Assembly (NCBI GenBank): GCA_031458695.1
Contig: JAVKJW010000002.1
Location: 64,001 to 128,000 of the forward strand
Source of the DNA: Candidatus Thermofontivivens primus
GTDB taxonomy: Bacteria; Sysuimicrobiota; Sysuimicrobiia; Sysuimicrobiales; Thermofontiviventaceae
Length of the DNA: 64,000 nt
Reading direction: 5' to 3'
The notes beneath the pieces were generated by a model. That model was given only the letters and a program-made list of their open reading frames with translations. It had not been told where the DNA came from and ran no database searches. A program made the translations under genes and the position numbers. Positions within the stretch are counted from its first letter, which is position 1; the number at the start of each line of letters is the position of its first letter. Of this stretch, positions 1-9,612 are shown in pieces.

Positions 1-207
1 GGCCGTGGGATTCCCACATCCCGCGGCCATAGATACAGCTTCCTGAGGTAGATCCCCAAGCTCGCTCGCAGAATACCCGATCTGCATGAGGTGAACGTCG
101 GCACTCGATCCGTATCCACACCCCGCGGGCTCGCAACAGCTCTTGCCTTGCGCGAGTTTGGCATAGTGTTCCCTTACTGCTGCCTTGATCGTCTCTTCTT
201 CCCACAT
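1..207 (-). CDS. arsM: Arsenite S-adenosylmethyltransferase, N-terminal part (runs off the window edge; not in the ORF track)
   Basis: Manual translation MWEEETIKAAVREHYAKLAQGKSCCEPAGCG...GYSASELGDLPQEAVSMAAGCGNPTA; VREHY, CC and GCGNPTA are typical of ArsM; AGGAGG RBS; downstream of an ArsR gene. Confidence 0.85.
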   Translation of the reverse strand, partial: MWEEETIKAAVREHYAKLAQGKSCCEPAGCGYGSSADVHLMQIGYSASELGDLPQEAVSMAAGCGNPTA

Positions 208-220
208 GTTGCAACCCTCC

Positions 221-508
221 TCATGGGGAAGTTCTGGTTCCCGTCATGGGTTGGATACACGTCCACAGGGTCTCCTGTACACAGAGCCCTCCGGCCTCTC
301 GCAAATCAACTATGCAGCTTTTGCCTTGTAGACCTAAAAGGCGGAAGCCGAATCGCATCAGAATGACGCCCGCACGCCATCGGAGGTGGTAGGCCAAACT
401 CCCTCTTTGACCTTTCGCTTGCTGTGCGAACCGATAGGCCTCCGCTTCCTGTAGAAGCTCCCTCTGCTTGGCTTTGGCGAGTTTCAAGAGCAGGTTCGCA
501 TGGAACAC
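221..508 (-). CDS. Small hypothetical protein (~95 aa)
   Basis: GTG at 508 right after the ArsR stop, with a GGAGGGG RBS; helical KQRELLQEAEAYRFA segment; fills the gap between arsR and arsM. Confidence 0.6.
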   Translation of the reverse strand: MFHANLLLKLAKAKQRELLQEAEAYRFAQQAKGQRGSLAYHLRWRAGVILMRFGFRLLGLQGKSCIVDLREAGGLCVQETLWTCIQPMTGTRTSP

Positions 509-510
509 CG

Positions 511-939
511 TCAATCCCCTCCCTTTGTGTGCGTCTTGCAGCAACAGCATCTGATGGGCTCGACCGGAGGTGAACCAATGGCCTTTGTCACCATTTGCAG
601 TTGAGACGAGAAAGATTTCGACAAGCGGTAATAGCTCCACTTCCCGTCCTTGCGGATCTCGACAAGCCCCGCCTTCGCAAGCAAGGTGAGGTGGTGGATC
701 ATCGTGGAATGCGCCAAGTCAAAGGCAGCCTCGATGTCACAAGCGCACATCTCCCCGTACCGTTCCAGGAGTTTGACGATCGCCAGCCGGTGCGGGTCAG
801 CCAGGGCCGTGAGGACCTGCAAGGCCTGCACAAAATCTTCCTGTCGCCGCACACTCTCCTGGGCGGCACGATACTCTTCCGCGCAACAACGGGGATCTGT
901 ATGCAGCTTAGCCAGTCGCTTGAGGAGAATTGTCTCCAC
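511..939 (-). CDS. arsR: ArsR/SmtB-family metalloregulator
   Basis: ALADPHRLAIV...EMCACDIE...STMIHHLTLLAKAGLV...DGKWSYY winged helix; extra CC and CCCC clusters. Confidence 0.9.
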   Translation of the reverse strand: METILLKRLAKLHTDPRCCAEEYRAAQESVRRQEDFVQALQVLTALADPHRLAIVKLLERYGEMCACDIEAAFDLAHSTMIHHLTLLAKAGLVEIRKDGKWSYYRLSKSFSSQLQMVTKAIGSPPVEPIRCCCCKTHTKGGD

Positions 940-951
940 ACCGAACCTCTC

Positions 952-1005
952 ATGTCGAAAATAATCGACATAGCAATCCTAGCATGGGAGGGGAGGGGTT
1001 GTCAA
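952..1005 (-). promoter_or_regulatory. ars promoter and candidate ArsR operator
   Basis: Perfect inverted repeat ATGTCGA-N6-TCGACAT (952-971) downstream of minus-strand TTGACA-N18-TAGGAT. Confidence 0.7.
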
Positions 1006-1159
1006 GGGAGAGGAATCATCCGGCCTCTCTGGCAACGTTTTCTCCTGTCCACTCGGCAAGCTTTCCCACCGTCTTCCAAGACAGATGGATCCCTGTACCT
1101 TAGCCCGATGCGGCGCACTGGCTTCCCGCGTACATTGGAGACAAAGGGGGGTTGCATCC

Positions 1160-1882
1160 ATGAACCTGAGCAATTCTGTGGTCCTCATCACCGGGGCATC
1201 GCGTGGGTTGGGGCTGGAGGTTGCCAGGATCTTCGCGCGTAGGGGTGCGAGCTTGGTGATCACGGCAAGGGGAGCCGATGCGCTTTGGAAAGCTTCAGAG
1301 GAGCTTGCGCTGCAAACCGAGGTATTGGCAATCCCTGGAGATATCGCAGACCTAGTACACGCAGAACGCCTCGTCCGGGAAGGCTTAGCCCAATTCGGCC
1401 GCATAGACGTTCTGATCAACAACGCCTCGACCGTCGGGCCAAGTCCAATGCCCTCCCTGGATTTGCTGGCGCCGGAGGCATTCGAGGAGATCTTGCGGGT
1501 CAACGTGGTGGCACCGCTGCACCTGATTCAGCTCGTGCTTCCCCAGATGAAGGTTCGAGGCGAGGGCCTGATCATCAACATCACTTCGGATGCGGGGGTC
1601 AAGGCATATGCGGGCTGGGGTGGCTACGGCACGAGCAAAGCGGCCCTAGAGCATCTATCCCGCATGCTGGCAGAAGAACTCCGAGGTACCGGTATCCGAG
1701 TGTACCTGGTGGATCCCGGCGACATGAACACCCAGATGCACCGGGAGGCTGACCCTGGTTTGGATCTCTCCCACCTGCCCGGGCCAGAGGTTCCGGCCCC
1801 GGCGTTCGTACATCTCGTGGAGGTAGAGACCGCGTCCTTTGGCCGATTTGAAGCGCTGAGGATGGTGGATGGTCCATCGTGA
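1160..1882 (+). CDS. Short-chain dehydrogenase/reductase (SDR)
   Basis: TGASRGLG cofactor motif, NNA, YGTSK catalytic motif, DPGDMNT. Confidence 0.92.
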   Translation: MNLSNSVVLITGASRGLGLEVARIFARRGASLVITARGADALWKASEELALQTEVLAIPGDIADLVHAERLVREGLAQFGRIDVLINNASTVGPSPMPSLDLLAPEAFEEILRVNVVAPLHLIQLVLPQMKVRGEGLIINITSDAGVKAYAGWGGYGTSKAALEHLSRMLAEELRGTGIRVYLVDPGDMNTQMHREADPGLDLSHLPGPEVPAPAFVHLVEVETASFGRFEALRMVDGPS

Positions 1883-1892
1883 GGAGAAGGCC

Positions 1893-2909
1893 ATGGGTGA
1901 CCTGCCTTCCCCTCTCGACTTCCTCCTCCCTCCGGAACTGGAAGCCCACGAGCCACCGGAGGCGCGTGGTCTGTCTCGCGACGCGGTCCGCTTGCTGGTG
2001 AGCTTCCGTGGAGATGATCAGATCATCCACGCTCGCTTTTCAGACCTTCCCCTTTTCCTGCGCCCTGGTGATCTGATAGTCGTGAACGATTCCGCCACCC
2101 TTCCTGCGGCACTTCCAGCGAAACGCACCGATGGGAGCGAGATCACGCTGCACCTTTCTACCCAGGTCCTGTCTGGGTTGTGGGTTGGTGAACCCAGGAA
2201 GACGCGGGTGGAACCAGGAGAAAGGCTTTCCCTACCTGGAGGTGGCGTGGCGACCGTGCTCATTCCTTATCGGAACTCCGCGCGGCTGTGGGTGATGCAG
2301 CTGGTCCTGCCTGAGCCTCTTCTGGACTACTTATCCCGTTGGGGGCGTCCGATCACCTATCCGTATGTCCACGGGCAATGGCCTATTGAGATCTATCAGA
2401 CAGTGTACGCAGTATATCCAGGATCGGCGGAGATGCCATCCGCAGGCAGGGCATTTACCTGGGAGTTGATCGAGAGATTGCAAGCCAAGGGAATTGGCTG
2501 GGCTCGGATCACTCTACACACGGGCGTGGCAAGCTTGGAGCACGGTGAAGAGCTCTACGAGGAGTTTTACGCCGTCCCACACGAGACTGCCCTTCGAATC
2601 CGAGAAACAAAGTTGATGGGGGGCCGGGTGATCGCGGTGGGCACTACGGTAGTGCGCGCACTGGAAAGCTCAGTAGACGAAACAGGCTGCCCGATTGCCT
2701 CCAAGGGCTGGACCGATCTTGTCATCACGCCGGCGCGCGGCGTACAGGTTGTCGACGGGCTGCTTACTGGTTTTCACGAGCCCAAGGCAACGCATCTGGC
2801 GATGCTGGAGGCGATTGCTGGCAGGGCGCATTTGGCGAAGGTCTACGCTGCGGCGGTAGAAGCTAGGTACCTTTGGCACGAGTTCGGCGACCTCCATCTG
2901 ATTCTGTGA
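1893..2909 (+). CDS. QueA-like (SAM:tRNA ribosyltransferase-isomerase fold) protein, divergent paralogue
   Basis: RDAVRLLV, VVNDSAT, YQTVYA, GTTVVRALES, LLTGFHEP, EFGDLHLI; SAEMPSAG replaces the canonical AVAAPTAG. Confidence 0.85.
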   Translation: MGDLPSPLDFLLPPELEAHEPPEARGLSRDAVRLLVSFRGDDQIIHARFSDLPLFLRPGDLIVVNDSATLPAALPAKRTDGSEITLHLSTQVLSGLWVGEPRKTRVEPGERLSLPGGGVATVLIPYRNSARLWVMQLVLPEPLLDYLSRWGRPITYPYVHGQWPIEIYQTVYAVYPGSAEMPSAGRAFTWELIERLQAKGIGWARITLHTGVASLEHGEELYEEFYAVPHETALRIRETKLMGGRVIAVGTTVVRALESSVDETGCPIASKGWTDLVITPARGVQVVDGLLTGFHEPKATHLAMLEAIAGRAHLAKVYAAAVEARYLWHEFGDLHLIL

Positions 2910-3047
2910 AGAGCGACCACGTGGGAAAGGGGACAAAAGCATCTGTCACATGCAACCGTGGGACGAGGGTGAGGTTCAAAGGAAATCTTGCAAGGATACT
3001 GAAATGCTCCATCAAGCGCCCCGAGGAATATGCTATTATGAAAGGCG

Positions 3048-4424
3048 ATGTCCGGATTACCCCAAACCCTTCGCATCCAGCAACCCCCTCCGGGCTTTGA
3101 TCCTGGGGCGAGCAAGGTGGCCAAAGCAGCGCGCCACGCCACCCTTCAGCGCAGCGCCGCGATTGCTGAGGTGGCGAACTGGGAGGATCTCAGAGCGAGG
3201 GCCAAGGTCATCAGAGCATATACGCTGGAGCACATTGACGTTCTCCTGCAACAACTTGAAGTGAATTTCCGTGGTGCCGGCGGAGTGGTGCATTACGCCT
3301 CCGACGCCCGTTCTGCTTGCACGATCCTCCTGGACTTGGCAAGGCAACACGGGGTGCGGCGAGTGGTGAAGAGCAAGTCCATGGTTTCGGAGGAGCTGGA
3401 GGTCAACGAGGCCATCCAACGGGCCGGGTTAGAGGTTGTGGAGACAGATCTCGGGGAATTTATCATTCAACTCGCCGGGGAGCGTCCCTCGCACATCACC
3501 GCCCCAGCGATCCACAAATCAACCGAGGAGATTGCCACTCTGCTCTCCCGCCACCTCGGAGAATCCCTCCCTCCCGATCCCCAGGCTCTCTTGCTGGCCG
3601 CACGGGCCTACCTGCGAAAGCGCTTCCTGGACGCAGAGATGGGCATCATCGGGGTGAACTTTGCAGTTGCCGAGACTGGCACCCTCGTGGTCGTGGAGAA
3701 CGAAGGAAACGCACGCCTGGTTTCCACCCTCCCCCGCCTCCTCGTCGCCATCATGGGCATAGAGAAGGTTACCCCAGCTCTCTTGGACCTCGCCACGTTT
3801 CTGCGCTTGCTCCCACGGAGCGCCACCGGCCAGGTGATGACCAGCTACGTCTCTCTCATCAGCGGCCCCTATCCAGGACAAGAACTGCATCTCATTGTCG
3901 TGGACAACGGCCGCAGGCGGATCCTTGGAGATCCCACGGTGCGCGAGATCCTCCACTGTATCCGTTGCGGGGCCTGCATGAATGTCTGCCCTGTCTATCG
4001 GATCATCGGAGGGCATGCCTATGGATGGGTCTACACGGGGCCCATGGGGGCGATCCTCTCGCCGTTGCTCTTGAACGCGGAGACGACCTCCGATCTCCCC
4101 TTTGCCTCCACCCTCTGCGGCGCCTGCAGGGAAGTCTGCCCTGTGGACATCGATCTCCCCCGCCTTCTTCTGGAGCTTCGCCGCCGGGCGGCGTCCAAGG
4201 TTTCCACCCCGTCTGAGCGATGGATGATGTCCACCTGGGCATTTGCTGGGAAGAGTAGAGAGAGGTTCTCGGTGGGGGGCAAGCTGGTGAGGAGATTCCT
4301 CCGCGTCGCGCGGAATCTTGGGAGCGTCCAGCGCCTCTTTCCCCCTCTAGCGGGATGGACGATCTCCCGAGACCTACCCCTTCCCCCTGCACAGTCCTTC
4401 CGGGAGCGGTGGAGGAAGCCATGA
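3048..4424 (+). CDS. lutB: LutB/LldF lactate-utilisation Fe-S protein
   Basis: KSKSMVSEE, ETDLGEFIIQL, PSHITAPAIH, ENEGN, CIRCGACMNVCP, LCGACREVCP. Confidence 0.92.
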   Translation: MSGLPQTLRIQQPPPGFDPGASKVAKAARHATLQRSAAIAEVANWEDLRARAKVIRAYTLEHIDVLLQQLEVNFRGAGGVVHYASDARSACTILLDLARQHGVRRVVKSKSMVSEELEVNEAIQRAGLEVVETDLGEFIIQLAGERPSHITAPAIHKSTEEIATLLSRHLGESLPPDPQALLLAARAYLRKRFLDAEMGIIGVNFAVAETGTLVVVENEGNARLVSTLPRLLVAIMGIEKVTPALLDLATFLRLLPRSATGQVMTSYVSLISGPYPGQELHLIVVDNGRRRILGDPTVREILHCIRCGACMNVCPVYRIIGGHAYGWVYTGPMGAILSPLLLNAETTSDLPFASTLCGACREVCPVDIDLPRLLLELRRRAASKVSTPSERWMMSTWAFAGKSRERFSVGGKLVRRFLRVARNLGSVQRLFPPLAGWTISRDLPLPPAQSFRERWRKP

Positions 4425-4975
4425 ACGCACGCCTGGGATTCGTGGATCGGTTCAAGGCGCAAGTGGAAGCCGCGGGGGGAAAGGTCGTGGTGTGCAGGAG
4501 CAGGGAGGAAGCTGTGGGTGTGGTTAGGCAGGAGCTTTACCGGAGAAACCTCAGGGAGGTTTTGGGAGGAGGGCTAGGGGGAAGATGGGCTTCTCTCAAG
4601 GAGAGTCTCGAATCCTGGGGGGCGAAACTCCTCGAGACGCCCCCTCGCCTCACCCCTGATGGGATTCCCGAGGTTGGCATCGGCGAGGCAGAGTATGCGG
4701 TCGCAGAGACCGGGACCTTGGTCGAGGTAGCCTGGCACAGGGAACGTCTCCTCTCCTCCCTTCTCCCGCCAGTGCACATTGCCCTCTTGGACGAGGACCG
4801 GATCGTACCGGATCTTGATTCCCTCTTTGTGGTGCTTCTGCCACTCCTCAGCCAAGGGCCTCGGCCGCGCGTTGTCTGCATTACCGGACCGAGTCGTTCC
4901 GCGGACATTGAAAAGCTGCTGATCCTGGGAGCCCACGGTCCCCGCGAACTTATCGTGGTCCTCTCCCCACCGTGA
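4421..4975 (+). CDS. lutC: LutC/LldG LUD-domain protein
   Basis: AVAETGTL, SLLPPVHIA, ITGPSRSADIE, GAHGP; ATGA overlap with lutB. Confidence 0.9.
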   Translation: MNARLGFVDRFKAQVEAAGGKVVVCRSREEAVGVVRQELYRRNLREVLGGGLGGRWASLKESLESWGAKLLETPPRLTPDGIPEVGIGEAEYAVAETGTLVEVAWHRERLLSSLLPPVHIALLDEDRIVPDLDSLFVVLLPLLSQGPRPRVVCITGPSRSADIEKLLILGAHGPRELIVVLSPP

Positions 4976-5081
4976 ACACCAGAGCAACCTCTGGAGTTGA
5001 CCCACCACAGTCCTGCGGTGCTATAACCAGATGGGAGGACGTACCAGAGAATCGTGGTCTGTGCATCGTGCGTCGTGAACG

Positions 5082-5867
5082 ATGAGCTGTAGGCAGAAAC
5101 CAGAGCAACCAGGTCAACGGGATGGCCAAGGAGACCAAGTCCATCTCCTTGGCGTGCGCATTGATCTCCTCTCCATGGAGGAGGCGGTGGCCAGGATCGA
5201 ACAGTTCATCCAGGATGGCTCGCCTCACCACGTGGTGACAGCTGATGCCTCGGCCATCTTACGGGCCTATGAGGATCCCCGCTTCCGGGAGATCCTTGGC
5301 AATGCTTCCCTCGTTGTCCCAGATGGGATTGGTGTTGTCTGGGCGGCCCGCCTCTTTGGGCGTCATGTCCCGGAACGGGTCCCAGGTGTGGAGCTTGTGG
5401 AACGCCTCTGTGCTCTGAGCGCAGAGAAAGGTTATACCGTGTTCCTCCTGGGAGCAGCCCCAGGTGTGGCGGAGGAGGCGGCCAGGGTCCTCTCCACTCG
5501 GTATCCGGGCCTGCGCGTCGTGGGGACCCACCACGGGTACTTCCGGCCGGAAGAGGAAGAAGGGATCCTGGCGAGGATCCAGGGGAATCGTCCCCACCTG
5601 CTCTTCGTGGCGCTGGGTGTTCCGGCGCAGGAGGCCTGGATCGCTCGACATCGGGATATCCTGGGGGTTCCTGTAAGCATCGGGGTGGGGGGGAGTTTCG
5701 ATGTGCTCTCTGGGCGTCTCCGCCGGGCCCCGCGGTGGATGCAGCGGCTGGGACTGGAGTGGTTGTTCCGCTTGCTCCAAGAACCGTGGCGGTGGCGAAG
5801 GATCTTAGCGCTCCCACGGTTTGTATGGCTTGTGGCAAAGGCGCGGGTTTCCCGTGGAGGAGTATGA
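5082..5867 (+). CDS. WecB/TagA/CpsF-family glycosyltransferase
   Basis: VPDGIGVV, ERVPGVEL, HHGYF, ALGVPAQE, GVGGSFD, RAPRWMQRLGLEWLFR; start uncertain. Confidence 0.92.
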   Translation: MSCRQKPEQPGQRDGQGDQVHLLGVRIDLLSMEEAVARIEQFIQDGSPHHVVTADASAILRAYEDPRFREILGNASLVVPDGIGVVWAARLFGRHVPERVPGVELVERLCALSAEKGYTVFLLGAAPGVAEEAARVLSTRYPGLRVVGTHHGYFRPEEEEGILARIQGNRPHLLFVALGVPAQEAWIARHRDILGVPVSIGVGGSFDVLSGRLRRAPRWMQRLGLEWLFRLLQEPWRWRRILALPRFVWLVAKARVSRGGV

Positions 5868-5951
5868 GGGTTCCTCAAGAAGAGAGGAGGAGTTTCGTCC
5901 TATCCGGAGGAAAATTGAGGATGCCGGGCTTGGCGAGGGGAAGGAACAACG

Positions 5952-7814
5952 ATGGGCCACAGACACCCTTTCCTCGAGCGACTTGAGCAAGGGCCGATCC
6001 TCTGCGACGGAGCCATGGGGACGATGCTCTACTCCCGTGGTGTCCCCTTCGACCAGTGCTTCGATGCGCTCAACCTCACGCGGCGGGACCTTGTCCAGGG
6101 GATTCACCTCGAGTACATCCAGGCCGGGGCTGAGATCATCGAGACCAACACCTTTGGAGCCAACCGTATCAAGCTGGGCCAGCATGGTCTTGAAAAAAGC
6201 GTCCGGGACATCAATTTCTGGGGGGCCAAGATTGCCAAAGAGGCGAGGGATATTGCCGGGCGGTCCGTGTTCATCGCCGGATCTGTTGGTCCCCTCGGAA
6301 AACCGCTGGCGCCCTTCGGCCTTGTTTCCCCGGAGGAGGCTCGGGAGATCTTCCAAGAGCAGATCGAGGCCCTGGTCGAAGGAGGGGTAGACCTGTTGAT
6401 CCTAGAGACCTTCTTCGACCTGCGGGAACTAGAGCAAGCAGTGCGCGTAGCCAAAGAGACCTGCGACCTCCCCATCATCGCCCAGATGACCTTTAACGAG
6501 GAAGGCCGGACGATCATGGGGAATACGCCGGAAGAAGTGGTAGCAGTACTGGATGCCCTGGGCGCGGACGTCATTGGGGCCAATTGCTCAACGGGTCCCC
6601 AGCCCGTATACGCGGTAATGCTGGAAATGCTCAAGGTGAGCCGGAAACCCCTCTCTGCCCAGCCTAACGCCGGCTACCCCGCCCGGATCGAGGGGAGGTT
6701 CATTTACCCATCCACCCCTGCCTACATGGCAGATTACGCACGGCGCATGGTCCAGGCGGGGGTGCGCGTTATCGGTGCGTGCTGCGGGACGACCCCTGAG
6801 CACATCGCGGCGATCCGGGAAGCCATCCAGGACCTACGACCTCCCGAGATCCGACCTGTGATTGTCCCTCAACCCGTGCGTGAGGAGAAAACGCCACCGC
6901 CTGTGGCCCGCCCCACAGAGCTCTCTCGTAAGCTCGGACGCCAGTTCGTGATCAGCGTGGAGATCGACCCGCCAAAGGGATTGGACCCCACCAAGGATCT
7001 CCAGGGCGCTAGGCTCCTGAAGGAAAAAGGTGTGGATGTGATCAACGTGGGAGACAGTCCCATGGCAAGGGTGCGCATGAGCGCCTTGGCCATGTGCTAC
7101 CTCATCCAAGAACATGTGGGCATGGAGACCATCATCCACTTCACCACCCGAGACCGAAACATCCTCGGGCTCCAGGCGGACCTCATTGGGGCACATGCAA
7201 TGGGTGTGCGCAACATCCTAGCCTTGACAGGGGATCCACCGCGCATTGGGGATTATCCTGGTGCCACCGCAGTCTACGACGTGGATTCCATTGGCCTCAT
7301 CCGCATCCTCAGCCATCTCAAGCGAGGGACGGACTTGGCAGGAAAGCCCATTGGGCAGCCCGCCTCCTTCTTCGTGGGGTGTGCCCTCGACCTCAACCCG
7401 CAGGTTCGGGACCGGGAGCTTCCTCGCTTGGAGCAGAAGATCGAGGCGGGCGCCGACTTCATCATGACCCAGTTTATCTTCGAGCCTGAACCTCTCCTGG
7501 ACTTCCTGGAGAAAGTGGGAAAGCCTCCCATCCCGATGATGGTGGGAATCCTGCCGCTCCAGAGTTACCGCCAGGCCGAGTTTCTTGCCAATGAAGTCCC
7601 TGGGATCGTTATCCCCGCATGGGTCAGGGAGCGGATGCGCCAGGCCGGGAACAGGGGCCGGGAGGAGGGGCTCGCGCTCGCCGAGGAATTGCTCAAGGCC
7701 ATTATGGACAAGGTGGAAGGGGTTTATCTCATGCCTTCCTTTGGCCGATACGAGGTGGTGGCGACCCTCGTCGAGATCATCCGGAGCTCCACAGCTACTG
7801 CGCGACCGAAGTAA
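5952..7814 (+). CDS. Bifunctional homocysteine S-methyltransferase / methylenetetrahydrofolate reductase (YitJ-like)
   Basis: DGAMGT, GANCSTGP, PNAGYP, GACCGTTPEHI, followed by MTHFR-like VEIDPP, HFTTRDRN, ALTGDPP, GADFIMTQ. Confidence 0.92.
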   Translation: MGHRHPFLERLEQGPILCDGAMGTMLYSRGVPFDQCFDALNLTRRDLVQGIHLEYIQAGAEIIETNTFGANRIKLGQHGLEKSVRDINFWGAKIAKEARDIAGRSVFIAGSVGPLGKPLAPFGLVSPEEAREIFQEQIEALVEGGVDLLILETFFDLRELEQAVRVAKETCDLPIIAQMTFNEEGRTIMGNTPEEVVAVLDALGADVIGANCSTGPQPVYAVMLEMLKVSRKPLSAQPNAGYPARIEGRFIYPSTPAYMADYARRMVQAGVRVIGACCGTTPEHIAAIREAIQDLRPPEIRPVIVPQPVREEKTPPPVARPTELSRKLGRQFVISVEIDPPKGLDPTKDLQGARLLKEKGVDVINVGDSPMARVRMSALAMCYLIQEHVGMETIIHFTTRDRNILGLQADLIGAHAMGVRNILALTGDPPRIGDYPGATAVYDVDSIGLIRILSHLKRGTDLAGKPIGQPASFFVGCALDLNPQVRDRELPRLEQKIEAGADFIMTQFIFEPEPLLDFLEKVGKPPIPMMVGILPLQSYRQAEFLANEVPGIVIPAWVRERMRQAGNRGREEGLALAEELLKAIMDKVEGVYLMPSFGRYEVVATLVEIIRSSTATARPK

Positions 7815-7826
7815 GGAGGGGGGTTC

Positions 7827-8816
7827 GTGGAACCGCTGACTGCGATCATCCCTGTGGCTGGAATGGGGACGCGCCTTCGCCCCCATACCCACACCCAACC
7901 CAAGGCGCTCATGCATGTCGCTGGCAAGCCGATTCTCGCGCACATCCTCGACGCGCTCCTCCCTCTGCCCCTGCGGAGGGTTGTGTTGGTCGTCGGCTAC
8001 CTTGGGGAAAAGGTGGAGGAATACGTTCGGGAGCATTACCACCTTCCTGTGCACTTCGTTACACAGGAGGTTCCTCTCGGAAATGGACACGCCATCTATG
8101 TGGCGAGGGAGTTCCTGGGAGAGGGGCCTGTGATCATCGTCATGGGGGATACCATTGTAAAGGCTGATCTCCAGAATATGGTCACTCTCACCACCTCCGC
8201 TCTGGCGGTCCAGGAGGTCTATGACCCCAGGCGGTTCGGGGTGGTGGTGCTGGGCCGGGATGGGTTTGTGCGGCGTATCGTGGAGAAACCCGAGGAACCT
8301 ATCAGCCACCTCGCGCTTGTGGGCGTCTATTTCATTCGCAACGCCCCTCTCCTAGGAGATTGTTTGGAGCGGCTCATCCGCGAGGACCGGCGCGTACGAG
8401 GGGAGTACTGGCTTGCGGATGCCCTGCAACTCATGATCGATGCGGGGGAGCGGATCCAGACCTTCCCTATCCAGGGCTGGTTTGACTGCGGGACGGCGGA
8501 GGCGCTCCTCCGGGCAAACAGGGATCTTTTAGAGGATGATCCCCCCCAGACCCCCCGTCTTGAAGATGCGGTGGTCTTCGCCCCTTCTTTCATCCACCCC
8601 CAGGCAGTGGTCCGGAATTCCGTCCTCGGTCCTTACGTCTCCATCGCGGAGGGGGCGCATGTGACCGAATCGATTATTCGGGACAGCATTATCAACGCCC
8701 ATGCGCGGGTACACCGCGTCCTCCTAGAGGGCTCGATCATTGGGGAGAACGCCGTCGTCACAGGCCAGCCAAGCCGCATCAACCTTGGGGACTCCTCGGT
8801 AGTCGAGCTCGCCTAG
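7827..8816 (+). CDS. Sugar-phosphate nucleotidyltransferase (long-form glucose-1-P thymidylyltransferase-like)
   Basis: VAGMGTRLRPHT...PK, VEKP, WFDCG, C-terminal hexapeptide-like repeats. Confidence 0.88.
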   Translation: MEPLTAIIPVAGMGTRLRPHTHTQPKALMHVAGKPILAHILDALLPLPLRRVVLVVGYLGEKVEEYVREHYHLPVHFVTQEVPLGNGHAIYVAREFLGEGPVIIVMGDTIVKADLQNMVTLTTSALAVQEVYDPRRFGVVVLGRDGFVRRIVEKPEEPISHLALVGVYFIRNAPLLGDCLERLIREDRRVRGEYWLADALQLMIDAGERIQTFPIQGWFDCGTAEALLRANRDLLEDDPPQTPRLEDAVVFAPSFIHPQAVVRNSVLGPYVSIAEGAHVTESIIRDSIINAHARVHRVLLEGSIIGENAVVTGQPSRINLGDSSVVELA

Positions 8817-8856
8817 CAGTCCGAATCTCCTAACCCTCTTCCAACCAGTTGGCGGA

Positions 8857-8872
8857 TAAAAAGACGAACATT
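8857..8872 (+). promoter_or_regulatory. Candidate PurBox upstream of apt
   Basis: TAAAAAGACGAACATT shares A-tract plus CGAACATT with the two boxes upstream of purD. Confidence 0.55.
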
Positions 8873-8948
8873 CATTCCGGAAAAGGAATTTCCGTCCGGG
8901 TTTCGAAGCAATTTTTTAGTCCCCACGAATCCAAGGAGGGGGAGAAAA

Positions 8949-9461
8949 ATGGACCTGAAGCAGTGGATCCGCGACGTGCCCAACTTTCCTGTTGAGGGCG
9001 TGATCTTCCGGGACATCACGCCTCTCCTCCAGGATCCAAAGGCATTTCGATACGCCTTGGACGAGCTGGAGAAGTATTGTCGTACGAAGGAGATTGATGT
9101 GATCGTGGCGATCGAGGCGAGGGGATACATCCTTGCCGCCCCCCTCGCGGATCGCCTCGGCGTAGGGTTCGTGCCTGCGCGGAAGCCTGGGAAGCTCCCA
9201 TGGGACCGGATCCGGGAGGAGTACCAGCTTGAGTATGGCATGGCGGCTCTGGAGATGCATGCTGATGCCATCAAGCCTGGCCAGAAGGTCCTCATCGTGG
9301 ACGACGTCATTGCCACGGGAGGGACGCTGAGCGCTACCAAGCGCTTGGTGGAGCGGTTGGGAGGGCAGGTTGTCGGGTTCGCCTGTCTCGTCGAGCTTAC
9401 CTTCTTGAACGGCCGCAGGACACTAGAGGGGTACGATTTCTTCTCCCTCATCCAGTACTAA
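8949..9461 (+). CDS. apt: Adenine phosphoribosyltransferase
   Basis: FRDITPLL, IEARG, RKPGKLP, LEYG, IVDDVIATGGT. Confidence 0.97.
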   Translation: MDLKQWIRDVPNFPVEGVIFRDITPLLQDPKAFRYALDELEKYCRTKEIDVIVAIEARGYILAAPLADRLGVGFVPARKPGKLPWDRIREEYQLEYGMAALEMHADAIKPGQKVLIVDDVIATGGTLSATKRLVERLGGQVVGFACLVELTFLNGRRTLEGYDFFSLIQY

Positions 9462-9612
9462 CGACTCCGGTAGAAGCCTTTCACGTTTTTCGAGGCCCGA
9501 GACAACCATTTTTCCTTCTCTCACCACCGAAGTTCCCTCTTGTGGGGCTCGCGAGGTTATGTAAGGATTATGTATAGGAGAGATTCTTCCGCGGAACAGG
9601 AGGGATCCGAGG

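Noticed and set aside
5868..5951. SAM riboswitch upstream of the yitJ-like gene
   Set aside because: The gap is only 84 nt and has no S-box core motifs
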